Both the position numbers and the translations under genes were made by a program. Positions 1 through 12,465 of a stretch of 64,000 nucleotides of DNA are shown here, piece after piece. Position 1 is the first letter of the stretch; the number at the start of each line of letters is the position of its first letter. The notes under the pieces are model-generated. The model searched no databases and had not been told where the DNA came from. It saw only the letters and a program-made list of their open reading frames with translations. The stretch spans positions 25,673,008 through 25,737,007 of the forward strand of contig NC_069006.1 in the NCBI RefSeq assembly GCF_001194135.2, written 5' to 3'. This stretch comes from Octopus bimaculoides. Its lineage: Eukaryota.

Positions 1-180
1 AACAGACGAGGACAGGTGGTGTAAATAACAAAAGTATATATTAGTATGACGCTCAGGAATACGGAAAGTCTTTGACGTTTCGAGCTACGCTCTTCAACAG
101 AAAGAATACGGAGACAAGGAGAAAAACACGGAGAAAAAAAAAAAAAAAATTGAATAGTGTTCAGTCAACGGTCAATCATA
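1..180 (-). mobile_element. probable Penelope-like pseudo-LTR / 3' UTR fragment
   Basis: Non-microsatellite segment with retained CpGs that carries a minimal hammerhead motif; family assignment is by inference. Confidence 0.5.
69..105 (-). ncRNA. minimal type I hammerhead ribozyme-like motif (A6-to-U variant)
   Basis: Minus strand TCTTT-CTGTTGA-A-GAGC gta GCTC-GAAA-CG-TC-AAAGA: perfect stem I and stem II, palindromic ACGT stem III, GTC cleavage triplet. Confidence 0.6.
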
Positions 181-298
181 ATAATATATATATATATACA
201 CACACACACATACATACATACATACATACAGGGTGCAGTGAATATAAGGATGGATGGATGAAATACTGCAGAAATATTTCAGTGCCATTAATAATAAT

Positions 299-512
299 GG
301 TTTCAAATTTTGGCTCAAGGACAGCAATTTTGTTTCAGAGGAGAAATTTATTACATCGACCCCAAGACTCAACCTGGTACTTATTTTATCAACCCCGAAA
401 GGATGAAAGGCAAAGTCAACCTTGGTGGAATTTGAACTCAGAAAGTAAAGACAGACAAAGTACCATTAAGTATTTTATCTGGCATGCTAATGACTCTACC
501 AGCTCACTACCC
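299..512 (-). mobile_element. tRNA-derived SINE, family A (core gcctttcatcctttcggggtcgataaaataagtaccag)
   Basis: Same core recurs at 1570, 22540, 39005, 53150, 55017 and 63905; GTTC.GAGTTCAAATTC B-box-like head. Confidence 0.85.
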
Positions 513-1341
513 TAATAATAGAAATAGTAATAATAATAATAATAATGATAACAACAACAACGATAATAATAACGATTGAAATAATCAAGAAAAGCATCAA
601 TATCTCTTAATTACTGCTATCTCTAGAGATTCTGATTAGTAAAAAAAAAATATTTAATTGATACAAGATCGAATAAGATATTCATTTATTTTTTTAAAGA
701 AACCTCGTTCCTAGCTGTCTGTTATTACTCCNNNNNNNNNNNNNNNNNNNNNNNNNNNNNNNNNNNNNNNNNNNNNNNNNNNNNNNNNNNNNNNNNNNNN
801 NNNNNNNNNNNNNNNNNNNNNNNNNNNNNNNNNNNNNNNNNNNNNNNNNNNNNNNNNNNNNNNNNNNNNNNNNNNNNNNNNNNNNNNNNNNNNNNNNNNN
901 NNNNNNNNNNNNNNNNNNNNNNNNNNNNNNNNNNNNNNNNNNNNNNNNNNNNNNNNNNNNNNNNNNNNNNNNNNNNNNNNNNNNNNNNNNNNNNNNNNNN
1001 NNNNNNNNNNNNNNNNNNNNNNNNACCGTTCACATACCTTCTCAGCTTTCTCTCCTTCGGTGGCCACCACAAAGACAGCAACTGCTTGTGTTAAGTTGGT
1101 ACTCACCTTGCAGTTGTCATCGTCATTGTTGTCATAGTTAGTGGTAGTAGTAGTAGTAGTAGTAGTAGTAGTAATAGTAGTTAGTACATGTTGTGTTTGA
1201 AGTTGTCATTGATGTAAAGATAGAGGCAGAAATGGAGATTGATTCTGTTACACAAGAATACTCCAATATCAGATGGATTTGATTTTCTGCCTGCCTGCCT
1301 GCCTGGTTGTATATGGTTATGACTATGATGTGTGTGTGTGC

Positions 1342-1370
1342 AAGGGGATCCTGAAAAGTTCCTGGCTTTG
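1342..1370 (+). mobile_element. isolated mariner-type terminal inverted repeat
   Basis: aaggggatcctgaaaagttcctggcttt matches both ends of the element at 2825-3041. Confidence 0.6.
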
Positions 1371-1380
1371 AGAGTATCAT

Positions 1381-1540
1381 GAAACATGTGTATGAAACGT
1401 GTGTACGAACAGTCATGCTACATGGCAGTGAAACATGGGCCGTGACTGCTGAGGACATGCGTAGGCTCGCAAGAAACGAAGCCAGTATGCTCCGCTGGAT
1501 GTGCAATGTCAGTGTGCATACTCGACAGAGTGTAAGTACC
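1381..1540 (+). mobile_element. RTE-clade LINE ORF2 C-terminal fragment
   Basis: Translates VYETCVRTVMLHGSETWAVTAEDMRRLARNEASMLRWMCNV, the hallmark post-RT motif (MLYGSETW...LRW) of RTE LINEs. Confidence 0.9.
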
Positions 1541-1569
1541 GTCTTTAAGTTCTTAGTTCAAATGTCCAC

Positions 1570-1689
1570 TTTGCTTTTTATCCTTTCGGGATCAATAAAA
1601 TAAGTGTCAGTCGAGTACTGGGGTCGATTTAATCGACTAGCCCCCTCCCCTCAAATTTCAGGCCTTGTGCCTATAGAAGAAAGGATTAT
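1570..1689 (+). mobile_element. SINE family A, 3' fragment
   Basis: tttatcctttcgggatcaataaaataagt...ggccttgtgcctatagaagaaaggattat. Confidence 0.8.
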
Positions 1690-2177
1690 CATGCTTCTTT
1701 CGATGACAAACAAGAAGAAGGAATTTCCCCACTCCTTTCAGATGGATTACAGAACTAATCACCCATGACTGCTCCTTTCCCAGCAACAATAGAATATCAT
1801 TTACTTCCTGTTCAAACACAGAAACACAAACAACATTTATAACAACAAAAAACAATTGCTTTCTGACGTATTTCCACCTTCCGTCTTTTTGTTACCATTT
1901 CTTAATTCCATTGTGTCTTTAAGTTCAATCGTTTATTTCTTGTTCTCATTGTTCTAACCCCCAGACCCTAATCTTTCTGACGTTTCCAAACATACTTCAT
2001 TGTTCTCTTCATTTACCGAATTCTCCGCCTCTGCATTCCCAATAAAAACAAAAACCAAGGAGTGTATCAACCGTTTATTGAATTCTTTTAGAATTAATTA
2101 CATCACAAAATGTTTACACAATTATTTTATTAATTAGCTAGTTTTCTTTTTTTTTCCCTCTCTTTCTCTTTCCCCAG

Positions 2178-2272
2178 CCTCTCAGAACTCAATCATTCCA
2201 TTCAGTCTGATTCCTGCAAAACTATGGAGATATTTGCCTTGTTTAGAGACAAACAACCCTGAAATCAGAAAG
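2178..2272 (+). CDS. candidate orphan exon (SQNSIIPFSLIPAKLWRYLPCLETNNPEIRK)
   Basis: Very long polypyrimidine tract ending ccccag, AAG|gtatgc donor, only one of three frames open. No homology recognised. Confidence 0.3.
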
Positions 2273-2717
2273 GTATGCTATTCTACACTGCATGTCTAAT
2301 TATTACTAATTAATTATCAATAATTAAATAGGTATGACATTCATGGTTCAAATGACAATTAGCCTTCCGTGTTGACAGAATAAACAAGTTTCAGATTTAT
2401 TAGAAATTATACAAATACTTCATCTTATTTCTGCATTGAACACAATGTCATTGTTGTTGTGACCAATAATGCAAATATGGCTTTGTTACTGCTGTTGTTG
2501 TTGTTGTTGTCGTTGTTGCTGATATTACAAACATGGTTCTTTTATGGTTGGTGTTATTGTGCATGTGTGTGTGTGAGTGTTTGCATCTGTGTGTGTGTGT
2601 GTGTGTGAGTGTTTGCATCTGTGTGTGTGTGTGTGTGTGTGTGTGAATGACTGTACATTCTGATCTGCTGACCCCAGGAAAAAAAAATCTGCCTGTCTGT
2701 CTGTCTGTCTATCTGTC

Positions 2718-3041
<324 letters not shown>

Positions 3042-3477
3042 CAAAAACATTTTTATGGAAGTGTAGTCCTGTTAAAAGTATGCAGAAAAACACAGATTTT
3101 TCTTCTCCAGTGCCTTCTGGGTTTCCAAATATATTTTGCCTGATTCACAAAGAATAGCAACTTTGATTTTAAATACCCACAACAGCATGAAAATTCTTTC
3201 TTCTTTGAAGTCAAATACAAATGAAAAACCAAAAATGCCAGAACCCAAATCCATGACTCAATCTCACTATCCAAGATGCAATAGTTAGAATTATTTACTC
3301 ACCATTTTCCAGTGAAATGTTTCCAAAAACTTTTTCTTATTTCTCTTGAAATTTTGAATTCTTCCATATCTTGACATCTTAAAGTCTTCTTTTTACCAAC
3401 ATTTTTACGAAAAACATCATCACCATGCATATTTTTCATTTATTTCTTTATCCATCTTTTATTCTTTACTTTTTTTC

Positions 3478-3915
3478 CTAGTTTCAGTCATTGGACTGTG
3501 GCAACAAGCTGGAGCAACACTTTGAAGGATTTTTCAGTTCTAATGGATCTCGACCCTGGTACTTGTTTTTCTTTTATTTAAAACTGGGACTTATTCAATA
3601 AATCCCTTTGTGCCAAACTGCTAGGTTACAGGGATGTAAATGTACCAACACCAGTTGTCAAGTGGTCATGGGAAACAAACACAGACACAAAGATACACAC
3701 ACAACTCCCCCAACACACATATGCACACAACCACCCCTCCAAGCACACACACACACAAATATTTGATGGGCTTCTTTCAGTTTCCGTCTACCAAATCCAC
3801 TCACAAGGCTTAATCAGCCCAGAGCTATGGTAGAAGACACTTGCCCAAAATGCCACACAGTGGGACTGAACCCAGTACCATGTGGTTGGGAAGCAAACTT
3901 CTTACCACACAGACA
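3478..3915 (-). mobile_element. tRNA-derived SINE, family C, near full length
   Basis: Head gtgtggtaagaagtttgcttcccaaccacatggt...ggttcagtccc, internal CA/TG tract, tail gctccagc...aatgactgaaac; more than 10 copies in the window. Confidence 0.88.
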
Positions 3916-3919
3916 AACC

Positions 3920-4045
3920 TGTCTTTATCTTTATCTTTTCCTTTATTTGTTTCAGACATTAGACAGTGGCCATGCTGGAACCTTGAAGGGTTTTTTTGTG
4001 TGTTTTAAGCCCAGTACTTATTCTGTCTGTCTCTTTTGCTGATCT
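3920..4045 (-). mobile_element. SINE family C, 3' fragment
   Basis: gtttcagacattagacagtggccatgctggaacc...aagcccagtacttattct. Confidence 0.7.
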
Positions 4046-4308
4046 GCTAGGAGGAGGAGGCAAGGAAGAGAAGAAAAAGAAAAAAATGGAAGAAGAGAAG
4101 GGGAAGAAGAAGAAGAAAAGAAAAAGGGAAAAAGGAGAAGAAGAAGAAGAAGATGAAGGATGTGGCAGTAAGAGACAAAGAGAAGTGTTCAGCATTCTTC
4201 AGTTATTTTCCTCCATGTTGAGATGTCATCAACTTCAGGAGGCAAAATGCTGGATAAATGCAATATTAAACAGAAATAACAACAACAACAACAACAACAT
4301 TTTCATTG

Positions 4309-4349
<41 letters not shown>

Positions 4350-4528
4350 GGAAGCAGCAAGAGTAGCGTTACCGACAATGGAGATAGATATTACAGAGAA
4401 AAAACAACAACAACAGCAGCACAACAAAAGACAACAATAACAACAACCACAATAATAGTGATACTACTGCTGCTGCTACTAATGATGATGATGATGATGG
4501 TACAACAACAACAACAATAATAATAAAA

Positions 4529-4569
<41 letters not shown>

Positions 4570-4665
4570 CAGTGATGATGGAGATGTGCTGCCGATAGGT
4601 GTTCCTGTCAATTTTGTCTGGTTAACATTTGTGTCAAAAAAGACTGAGGAACCTGATGTGGCCAA

Positions 4666-5600
4666 AGAAGAAGAAGAAGAAGGGAGAAGAAGAAGAGGAA
4701 GAAGGAGAAGAAGAAGAAGGAGAAGAAGAAGAAGAAGAAGAAGAAGAAGAAGAAGAAGAAGGGAGAAGAAGAAGAGGAAGAAGGAGAAGAAGAAGAAGAA
4801 GAAGAAGAAGAAGAAGAAGAAGAAGAAGAAGAAGAAGAAGAAGNNNNNNNNNNNNNNNNNNNNNNNNNNNNNNNNNNNNNNNNNNNNNNNNNNNNNNNNN
4901 NNNNNNNNNNNNNNNNNNNNNNNNNNNNNNNNNNNNNNNNNNNNNNNNNNNNNNNNNNNNNNNNNNNNNNNNNNNNNNNNNNNNNNNNNNNNNNNNNNNN
5001 NNNNNNNNNNNNNNNNNNNNNNNNNNNNNNNNNNNNNNNNNNNNNNNNNNNNNNNNNNNNNNNNNNNNNNNNNNNNNNNNNNNNNNNNNNNNNNNNNNNN
5101 NNNNNNNNNNNNNNNNNNNNNNNNNNNNNNNNNNNNNNNNNNNNNNNNNNNNNNNNNNNNNNNNNNNNNNNNNNNNNNNNNNNNNNNNNNNNNNNNNNNN
5201 NNNNNNNNNNNNNNNNNNNNNNNNNNNNNNNNNNNNNNNNNNNNNNNNNNNNNNNNNNNNNNNNNNNNNNNNNNNNNNNNNNNNNNNNNNNNNNNNNNNN
5301 NNNNNNNNNNNNNNNNNNNNNNNNNNNNNNNNNNAAAGAAGAAGAAGAAGAAGGGAGAAGAAGAAGAGGAAGAAGGAGAAGAAGAAGAAGGAGAAGAAGA
5401 AGAAGAAGAAGGAGAAGAAGAAGAAGGGAGAAGAAGAAGAGGAAGAAGGAGAAGAAGAAGAAGAAGAAGAACGGAGAAGAAGAAGAGGAAGAAGGAGAAG
5501 AAGAAGAAGAAGAAGAAGAAGAAGAAGAAGAAGAAGAAGAAGAAGAAGAAGAAGAAGAAGAAGGTTGAAGGAGAAGAAGAAGAAGGTTGAAGGAGAAGAA
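4666..5600. repeat. (GAA)n purine tract with higher-order units, interrupted by a gap
   Basis: Almost purine-only on the + strand on both sides of the gap at 4844-5334. Confidence 0.95.
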
Positions 5601-5734
5601 GAAGCAGTGGAGGAACTGAAGATGGAGGAGGCGGAAATATTTCAATTATTTTGAAAATAATGGTAATAACGATAACAACAAGAACAAAAACAAAGATGAT
5701 GAAAATAATATGTTGTAATAATAACAACAACAAC

Positions 5735-5765
<31 letters not shown>

Positions 5766-6744
5766 GTAATATTAAATGATGGCAATAACTAACGAAAATA
5801 ACAACAATAATAACAATAACAATAATGATAATAATAAAATTAATGGCAGTAATAATAATGGAAGAGAAAGTTATATATCCCACTCCCTCCCTCCCTCTCT
5901 CTCTCTCTATATATATTTACATACATACACACACATATATATATAGGGAGAGAGAAAGAGAAAGAGTCAACGAGAGAAGTGTATGGCCATGAGGGAGCAT
6001 TTAATATCAGAGGTTGAGGAAATTACACAAAAGTTTAAGATGGAGATGATGATAAAAATGTATGTGTGTATGCATATGTATATGTATATATATATGTATG
6101 TATGTGTATATGTGTGCACATGTGTGTGTATTGTGTATGCATATATGTATTTATATATGTGCACATACATATGTATATATTTATGTGTATGCGTGGATAC
6201 AAGTATTTAAGTGTGTGTATATTGTCTGTATATGAATTTAGGTATATTTGTGTGTACATATATATGTGTGTATATATGTATATAAGTGTGCCTGTGTTTG
6301 TGCATGTGCACATACACACACAAACACACAGACACACACACATACAGACATGCACATGTGCATTTGCAAGCAAAGAAAGAAATAAACACAAATTCATATG
6401 CATGCACACACACACACACACACACACATATTGATTTCCGTACAGAAAACTAAATCGAATTCTATTCAGTTATATATTTGCTGTTGGTGCCTATAGCCAT
6501 CCATAAACTGGCAGTTTGTCTTACTTCTATTAATTGCTGTGTGTGTGTATGTGTGTGTGTGTGTGTGTAGATATGTTGGTGTGTGTGTGTATGATCTACA
6601 GTCTTTGCTGTTGTATGTATGGAAATATATAATTATGTGCTTGCATGTATGTACGTATGTGTATATGTTTGTATATTTATCTACAGCTATCTTTCTCCCT
6701 CTCTCCCTATGTATATAATAGATATATATTATAATATATATATA

Positions 6745-6779
<35 letters not shown>

Positions 6780-7052
6780 CCACATATAATTTAGAATATA
6801 CATACAAACATATACATATGTATGTTGATATAGATATAAATGTATATGTACACACACAGACACACACACACACACGTATGAATACATACATATAACCATA
6901 TATGCATGCATATAGCCAGGCTGTGAGGTCAATAAATGTTTAAAAGAGTTTGATAGATATTGTATTAGTTTAATGTTTGAGAAGTTGAAATGAGTGTCTT
7001 AAAGTTTGTGTGCATGTGTGTGTCTGCATGTGTGTGCATGCGTGTGTGTGCA

Positions 7053-7096
<44 letters not shown>

Positions 7097-7624
7097 CACA
7101 TACATACAAACTCACACAGACACATGTATACACATGCATACTGAGAAATAGTATATGAAAATAAATATAGCAGTAAGGAAATAAAATATATATATGTTAT
7201 ATTATATTTTATATATATATTATATTTGTGTGTATGTATGTGTGTGTGTATATATATATTCTGGGTTATCATAAATTCAGAAACAGCCTCGTTGCTTCTT
7301 TTTCACTGATAAAATATAATTTCCGTTTAAAATATTAAAATATTTAGGATACAGTGAGGTCCCAAGTCAGCAAGGTTAGAATTATATTTATAAGATCTTT
7401 CTGTAGAAATATAAAGGTGACAGCCATGAATTCCAAATGAGTGGTTGTTGGCTTTTTAGAAAGTGCACTCTACTTTTAGTAATGTAGATACATTGTGGTG
7501 TTTATATGAAGGCAGTTTGATCTAGCTTTTGACAAAGCATTGTTAAGAATTGTTTTAATAAAGGCCATAATGTATATGATTAAATTGGTGCATAGAACGA
7601 TGCATAGACTTTATAAAACGAGTC

Positions 7625-7750
7625 CCTCTCATGGTTTCCTTTGACACTCACGAGGCTTTTTGGTTGACCCAGGGCTATAAAGAAGACACTTGGCCAAGGT
7701 GCTGTGTAATGGCATTGAACTTGAAACCATGTGACTAGCAAGCAAATGTC
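7625..7750 (-). mobile_element. SINE family C, 5' part, diverged
   Basis: cactcacgaggctt...aagacacttggccaaggtgc...aaccatgtga. Confidence 0.7.
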
Positions 7751-8213
7751 TGAGAGTGAGTGTGTTTGTTGGTGTGTGCTTATGTACATGAGCTGATGTT
7801 GGAGGTGTATGTGTGTGATTTTGGTATGTTCTATCTCTATATTTATTATGTGTGTGTTCCTACACAGAGTAAATGTAAAGAAATGTAGCTCTGTTGGCTG
7901 CAAGGTTTTGCTAGACTCAAAGTCGGTATTGCTGGTATCGTTGGAGCAGTATCGGACCAAACTCGTTTCATTAGTTTATTGAAATATTTGGTTGTCTCCT
8001 TCAGTCAGTAACTGATATGTATTTTATGACATTGTTTTACCTGGCTGCACATAAATGTGATGATACACACACACACACACACACACACACATTTACATAT
8101 TTGTGCATATATCTACACTCCCATTCACTGATATATTTATCCACACACTCACTCCCAAAGATTCAAGTATACATACACACGTACATATATAAGATAGGTA
8201 GGATTGTTAGATG

Positions 8214-8250
<37 letters not shown>

Positions 8251-8273
8251 ACAGATAGATAGATAGATGGAGG

Positions 8274-8308
<35 letters not shown>

Positions 8309-8751
8309 GGAGGGATAGATAGATAGATAGATATGTAGATAGAGATAGGTAGATATATGTATATATAGGCAAACCCATATACTCACATATTTATACTCAG
8401 GCAAACATATACATTTACATATACATACATAGTGACACACCAATATACACCCATAAACTCACTGATCTTTATACACTCACACACACACACACCCATATTG
8501 TTAAATATTTATACATACATGGGCACATACATGTACACCTACACATTCACATATTTATACATTCAGGCACACACATACTCTTACACATATATGCATATAC
8601 AAACACATTCATATACACCCATAAAACCACATACCTATATACACCCATACACACTCATATGGTCACATATATTTATACATACACAGTCATACCATCACAT
8701 ATTCACACACACACACACACACATGTATATACGCTCTGCTACACCATACTG

Positions 8752-8756
8752 AAATA

Positions 8757-8821
<65 letters not shown>

Positions 8822-8845
8822 TAATAATAATAATAATAATAATAT
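8752..8845. repeat. (AAT)n microsatellite
   Basis: About 30 near-perfect AAT units. Confidence 0.95.
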
Positions 8846-10218
8846 GTCAGTAATTTACTGTAATCAGTCAATATTAGTGGCATTATTGTAAATCAACATG
8901 TTATGAATGTGTCTTGGAGTTGACCAAATGATCCATTAACACAAGCGATGATCGGACCAATTTGATCTTGATTGATCCAAGAGATCAATTGCGATCAATA
9001 GCTTTTATCATTCTTTCCTGTCGGCTCTTTTTGTTTCTTCCTCAATACTTTCGTATAGATCTATTTCAGTTATAGCTCTGTTTCCTGATTGATTATATTC
9101 GCAAATCACAAGGAAATAAAAGACAAAAGCTAATGAAACTCTTCTCTATTGTATTTCGGTTTTGGAACTTCCAGCTTCCAAGTTTGTGCTGGGAAAAAAA
9201 ACTTTGATGTCTTCACAGGAACTTTGAGCCACAAAACAAAAACTGACATCATGATGTTTGGCAAATTTCAGTGAAGATATTTCCATCTTGGCTGCAATGT
9301 ATAGATTCGTCTCTTCACCCTGTTGCGGTAAATTGCAAATAAATTATAAATAAATGAAATTATAAATGAATATAAAGAATTAGATCATGCTCTCCAAACC
9401 TAGTGCAGCTCTCTGGCTTTCAGCATGCAAAACGCATGTTAAATGCTAATGATGTATTCCTTCTTGGAAACTGATAATTCTTCTCATCACATCAAAATAG
9501 CTCAACTCATTTTAGCTTTATAACTCTACCAACCTAATACCCATCCTTTGGATGGAAGAGAAAACTAAACAGAGAAAGTCATGTTTTATGCTTTAATTGA
9601 ATATCCAAATAATTCAAGTCATATTGTGGTACATGGCTACTCTAAGGTTAAAATGTGGCCTTTAATGAAATATTAATTGAATTGTTATTTATATTAATAA
9701 CAACCAAGAGTGTATTGTATAAGAAAAAAATAATATAAGACTATTTTATTTATAAAATTATATTCTACAGTAGCATATACCTCTAAGGAATTCCTGTATA
9801 TCTATCATTCTCTGCAAAAACTTTATCCTCATTTTTCTGTCCACTTAAATCTCAGAGTCTGGACATAACAGTTTAAGTGTTATCATGGGAGAAGCATTTA
9901 TTGGTCTTTAACTAGATGCTGACCTTCAAAAGTATTTGTCCTTGAGCTTTGTTAATTGTGAGACCAAATGATAGTTTGATCGGAAATCAACATTTTTACA
10001 CATTTCTTTATTCTCCCACACCGTTTTTTTATGTCTCATTTTCTCTTTTGTGAATTCACTTTATCACTCTAACTTTTCCTTCGAAAGCACATATTTTCTC
10101 AGAGACATAATGTACACCATTTCTCTCTGTTTCTCTGTTGCACTGTTTTCTTTACTTTTCTTTCTTTACCCAAGAGATAGAGAAGAGCAGAGAAAGATGG
10201 AGGGAGTCAATGAAACAA

Positions 10219-10270
<52 letters not shown>

Positions 10271-10472
10271 TACAAGACTTAAAACTACTTGTGTTGTTAT
10301 GAGTATTGTTAAGTTGTCACTGTTTCCATTTATGCTAATAATCTTTTTATTAGTAATAAAGAGAGGGAAAGTGACATATATTTATGTAAGATCAAACAAA
10401 ATAACCCAAATAAACGCAAAGAAACACATGAAAATGACTTATCACCTGCATTGGCACACATCTCAGCACACG

Positions 10473-10508
<36 letters not shown>

Positions 10509-10614
10509 TACATATATACTTATGTAATTTATGTCTCTATCTACCTATCTATCTATCTATCTATCTATATATATATATATATATAAGTATAAATATGTGT
10601 GTATATAATATATG

Positions 10615-10672
<58 letters not shown>

Positions 10673-12228
10673 TACTTACATATATGTGTCAGTATACAGA
10701 GAGAGAGAGAGAAAGAGAATTTTACACAAAGATATGGCTGTGTGTGTGTGTATATATATATAAATATGAGTATGTGAGTGTGTATACATATTGGTTTCAT
10801 GTATGTATACATGAAACCCCACACACTGTTTTTCTCCCAATTTTCTCTCCCATTGGTACCACACTCTTTCCTTATTTTCCTCCTCTCTTTTCTCTTTCTC
10901 TCCCTGTCTTTTCCACCTCTCTCTCTCTCTCTCCCTCTGTTTCCCTTTTTCATCCTCTCTCTCTGTCTCTCCCCTCTTTCTCTCTCTCTTCTACCTCTAT
11001 CTCTCTTTCACTAATACCCCCCCCCCCCCAAGCTCAACATAAATTTACTCAGAGCTTGTTCTGTCTTTCTCGATCCCAGCTGGACAATTTAAATGTCAAG
11101 TTTTTACTACTTTCTGCTGCTTGCCAGGAAGTTCTTATGTAAAGAAAACCAAAAAATAAAGATTGCAAACACATAAAATGGAGATGAAAATCTCATTGAG
11201 GAATGAAAACAAGAAATCTGTTGAGAAAGTCTTCAGCTATTATGGAATGAAGGCCATTAAACATGACTTAATACATTATATTATTGATTATATTCAGAAA
11301 GCCAGTTTAATAGAGAGAGATGTTTTAGACGACCGATTCCAGCTCGTATTTACAAGGAAGGTGCATGGCCCATAGTCCAGTGGTTAGGGTGTAGCACTCA
11401 AGACTGCCGGTGGTGCATTGTGGGCTTTTTTTCTTGTTTTTCAAACAGGGTAAAAAAGGGAATATAAGGGACTGTATAATTCGAATCACTCCTCATCCCT
11501 CTCACCAACAGCAACACCATCACCTCCACTCCTCCTCCTTCACAACAACCATCATCACTACCACCACCATCACTACCACCACCATCACTACCACCACAAC
11601 TAGCACCCCACCCCCCATCACTGCTGTCACCACCACTGCCTCCCCACCCACCCCAACAACAGCACTCAACAGAAAGTTCTTTGAAACCAACTAATTCCAA
11701 ATTCAATTATTGGTCTGTCCTTTCNNNNNNNNNNNNNNNNNNNNNNNNNNNNNNNNNNNNNNNNNNNNNNNNNNNNNNNNNNNNNNNNNNNNNNNNNNNN
11801 NNNNNNNNNNNNNNNNNNNNNNNNNNNNNNNNNNNNNNNNNNNNNNNNNNNNNNNNNNNNNNNNNNNNNNNNNNNNNNNNNNNNNNNNNNNNNNNNNNNN
11901 NNNNNNNNNNNNNNNNNNNNNNNNNNNNNNNNNNNNNNNNNNNNNNNNNNNNNNNNNNNNNNNNNNNNNNNNNNNNNNNNNNNNNNNNNNNNNNNNNNNN
12001 NNNNNNNNNNNNNNNNNNNNNNNNNNNNNNNNNNNNNNNNNNNNNNNNNNNNNNNNNNNNNNNNNNNNNNNNNNNNNNNNNNNNNNNNNNNNNNNNNNNN
12101 NNNNNNNNNNNNNNNNNNNNNNNNNNNNNNNNNNNNNNNNNNNNNNNNNNNNNNNNNNNNNNNNNNNNNNNNNNNNNNNNNNNNNNNNNNNNNNNNNNNN
12201 NNNNNNNNNNNNNNNNNNNNNNNNNNNN

Positions 12229-12465
12229 GGTGGCACATAAAAGACACCATTTCGAGCGTGGCCGTTTTCGTGCGGGTGACACGTAAAAGCACCCACTACA
12301 CTCTCCGAGTGGTTGGCGTTAGGAAGGGCATCCAGCTGTAGAAACTCTGCCAAATCAGACTGGAGCCTGGTGTTGCCATCCGGTTTCACCAGTCCTCAGT
12401 CAAATCGTCCAACCCATACTAGCATGGAAAGCGGACGTTAAACGATGATGATGATGATGATGATG
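12229..12465 (+). mobile_element. family B non-autonomous retroelement with (GAT)n tail, young copy
   Basis: gagtggttggcgttaggaagggcatccagc...ccaaccca.ctagcatggaaagcggacgttaaacgatgatgat; near-identical to 39920-40110. Confidence 0.88.

Noticed and set aside
1107-1246. Minus-strand exon ending CAAG|gtgagt
   Set aside because: All three frames from the nearest acceptor contain a stop, and the body is largely (ACT)n.
9130-9330. Ankyrin-like GEETNLYIAAK on the minus strand
   Set aside because: Only a partial motif with no continuing repeat pattern; likely chance.
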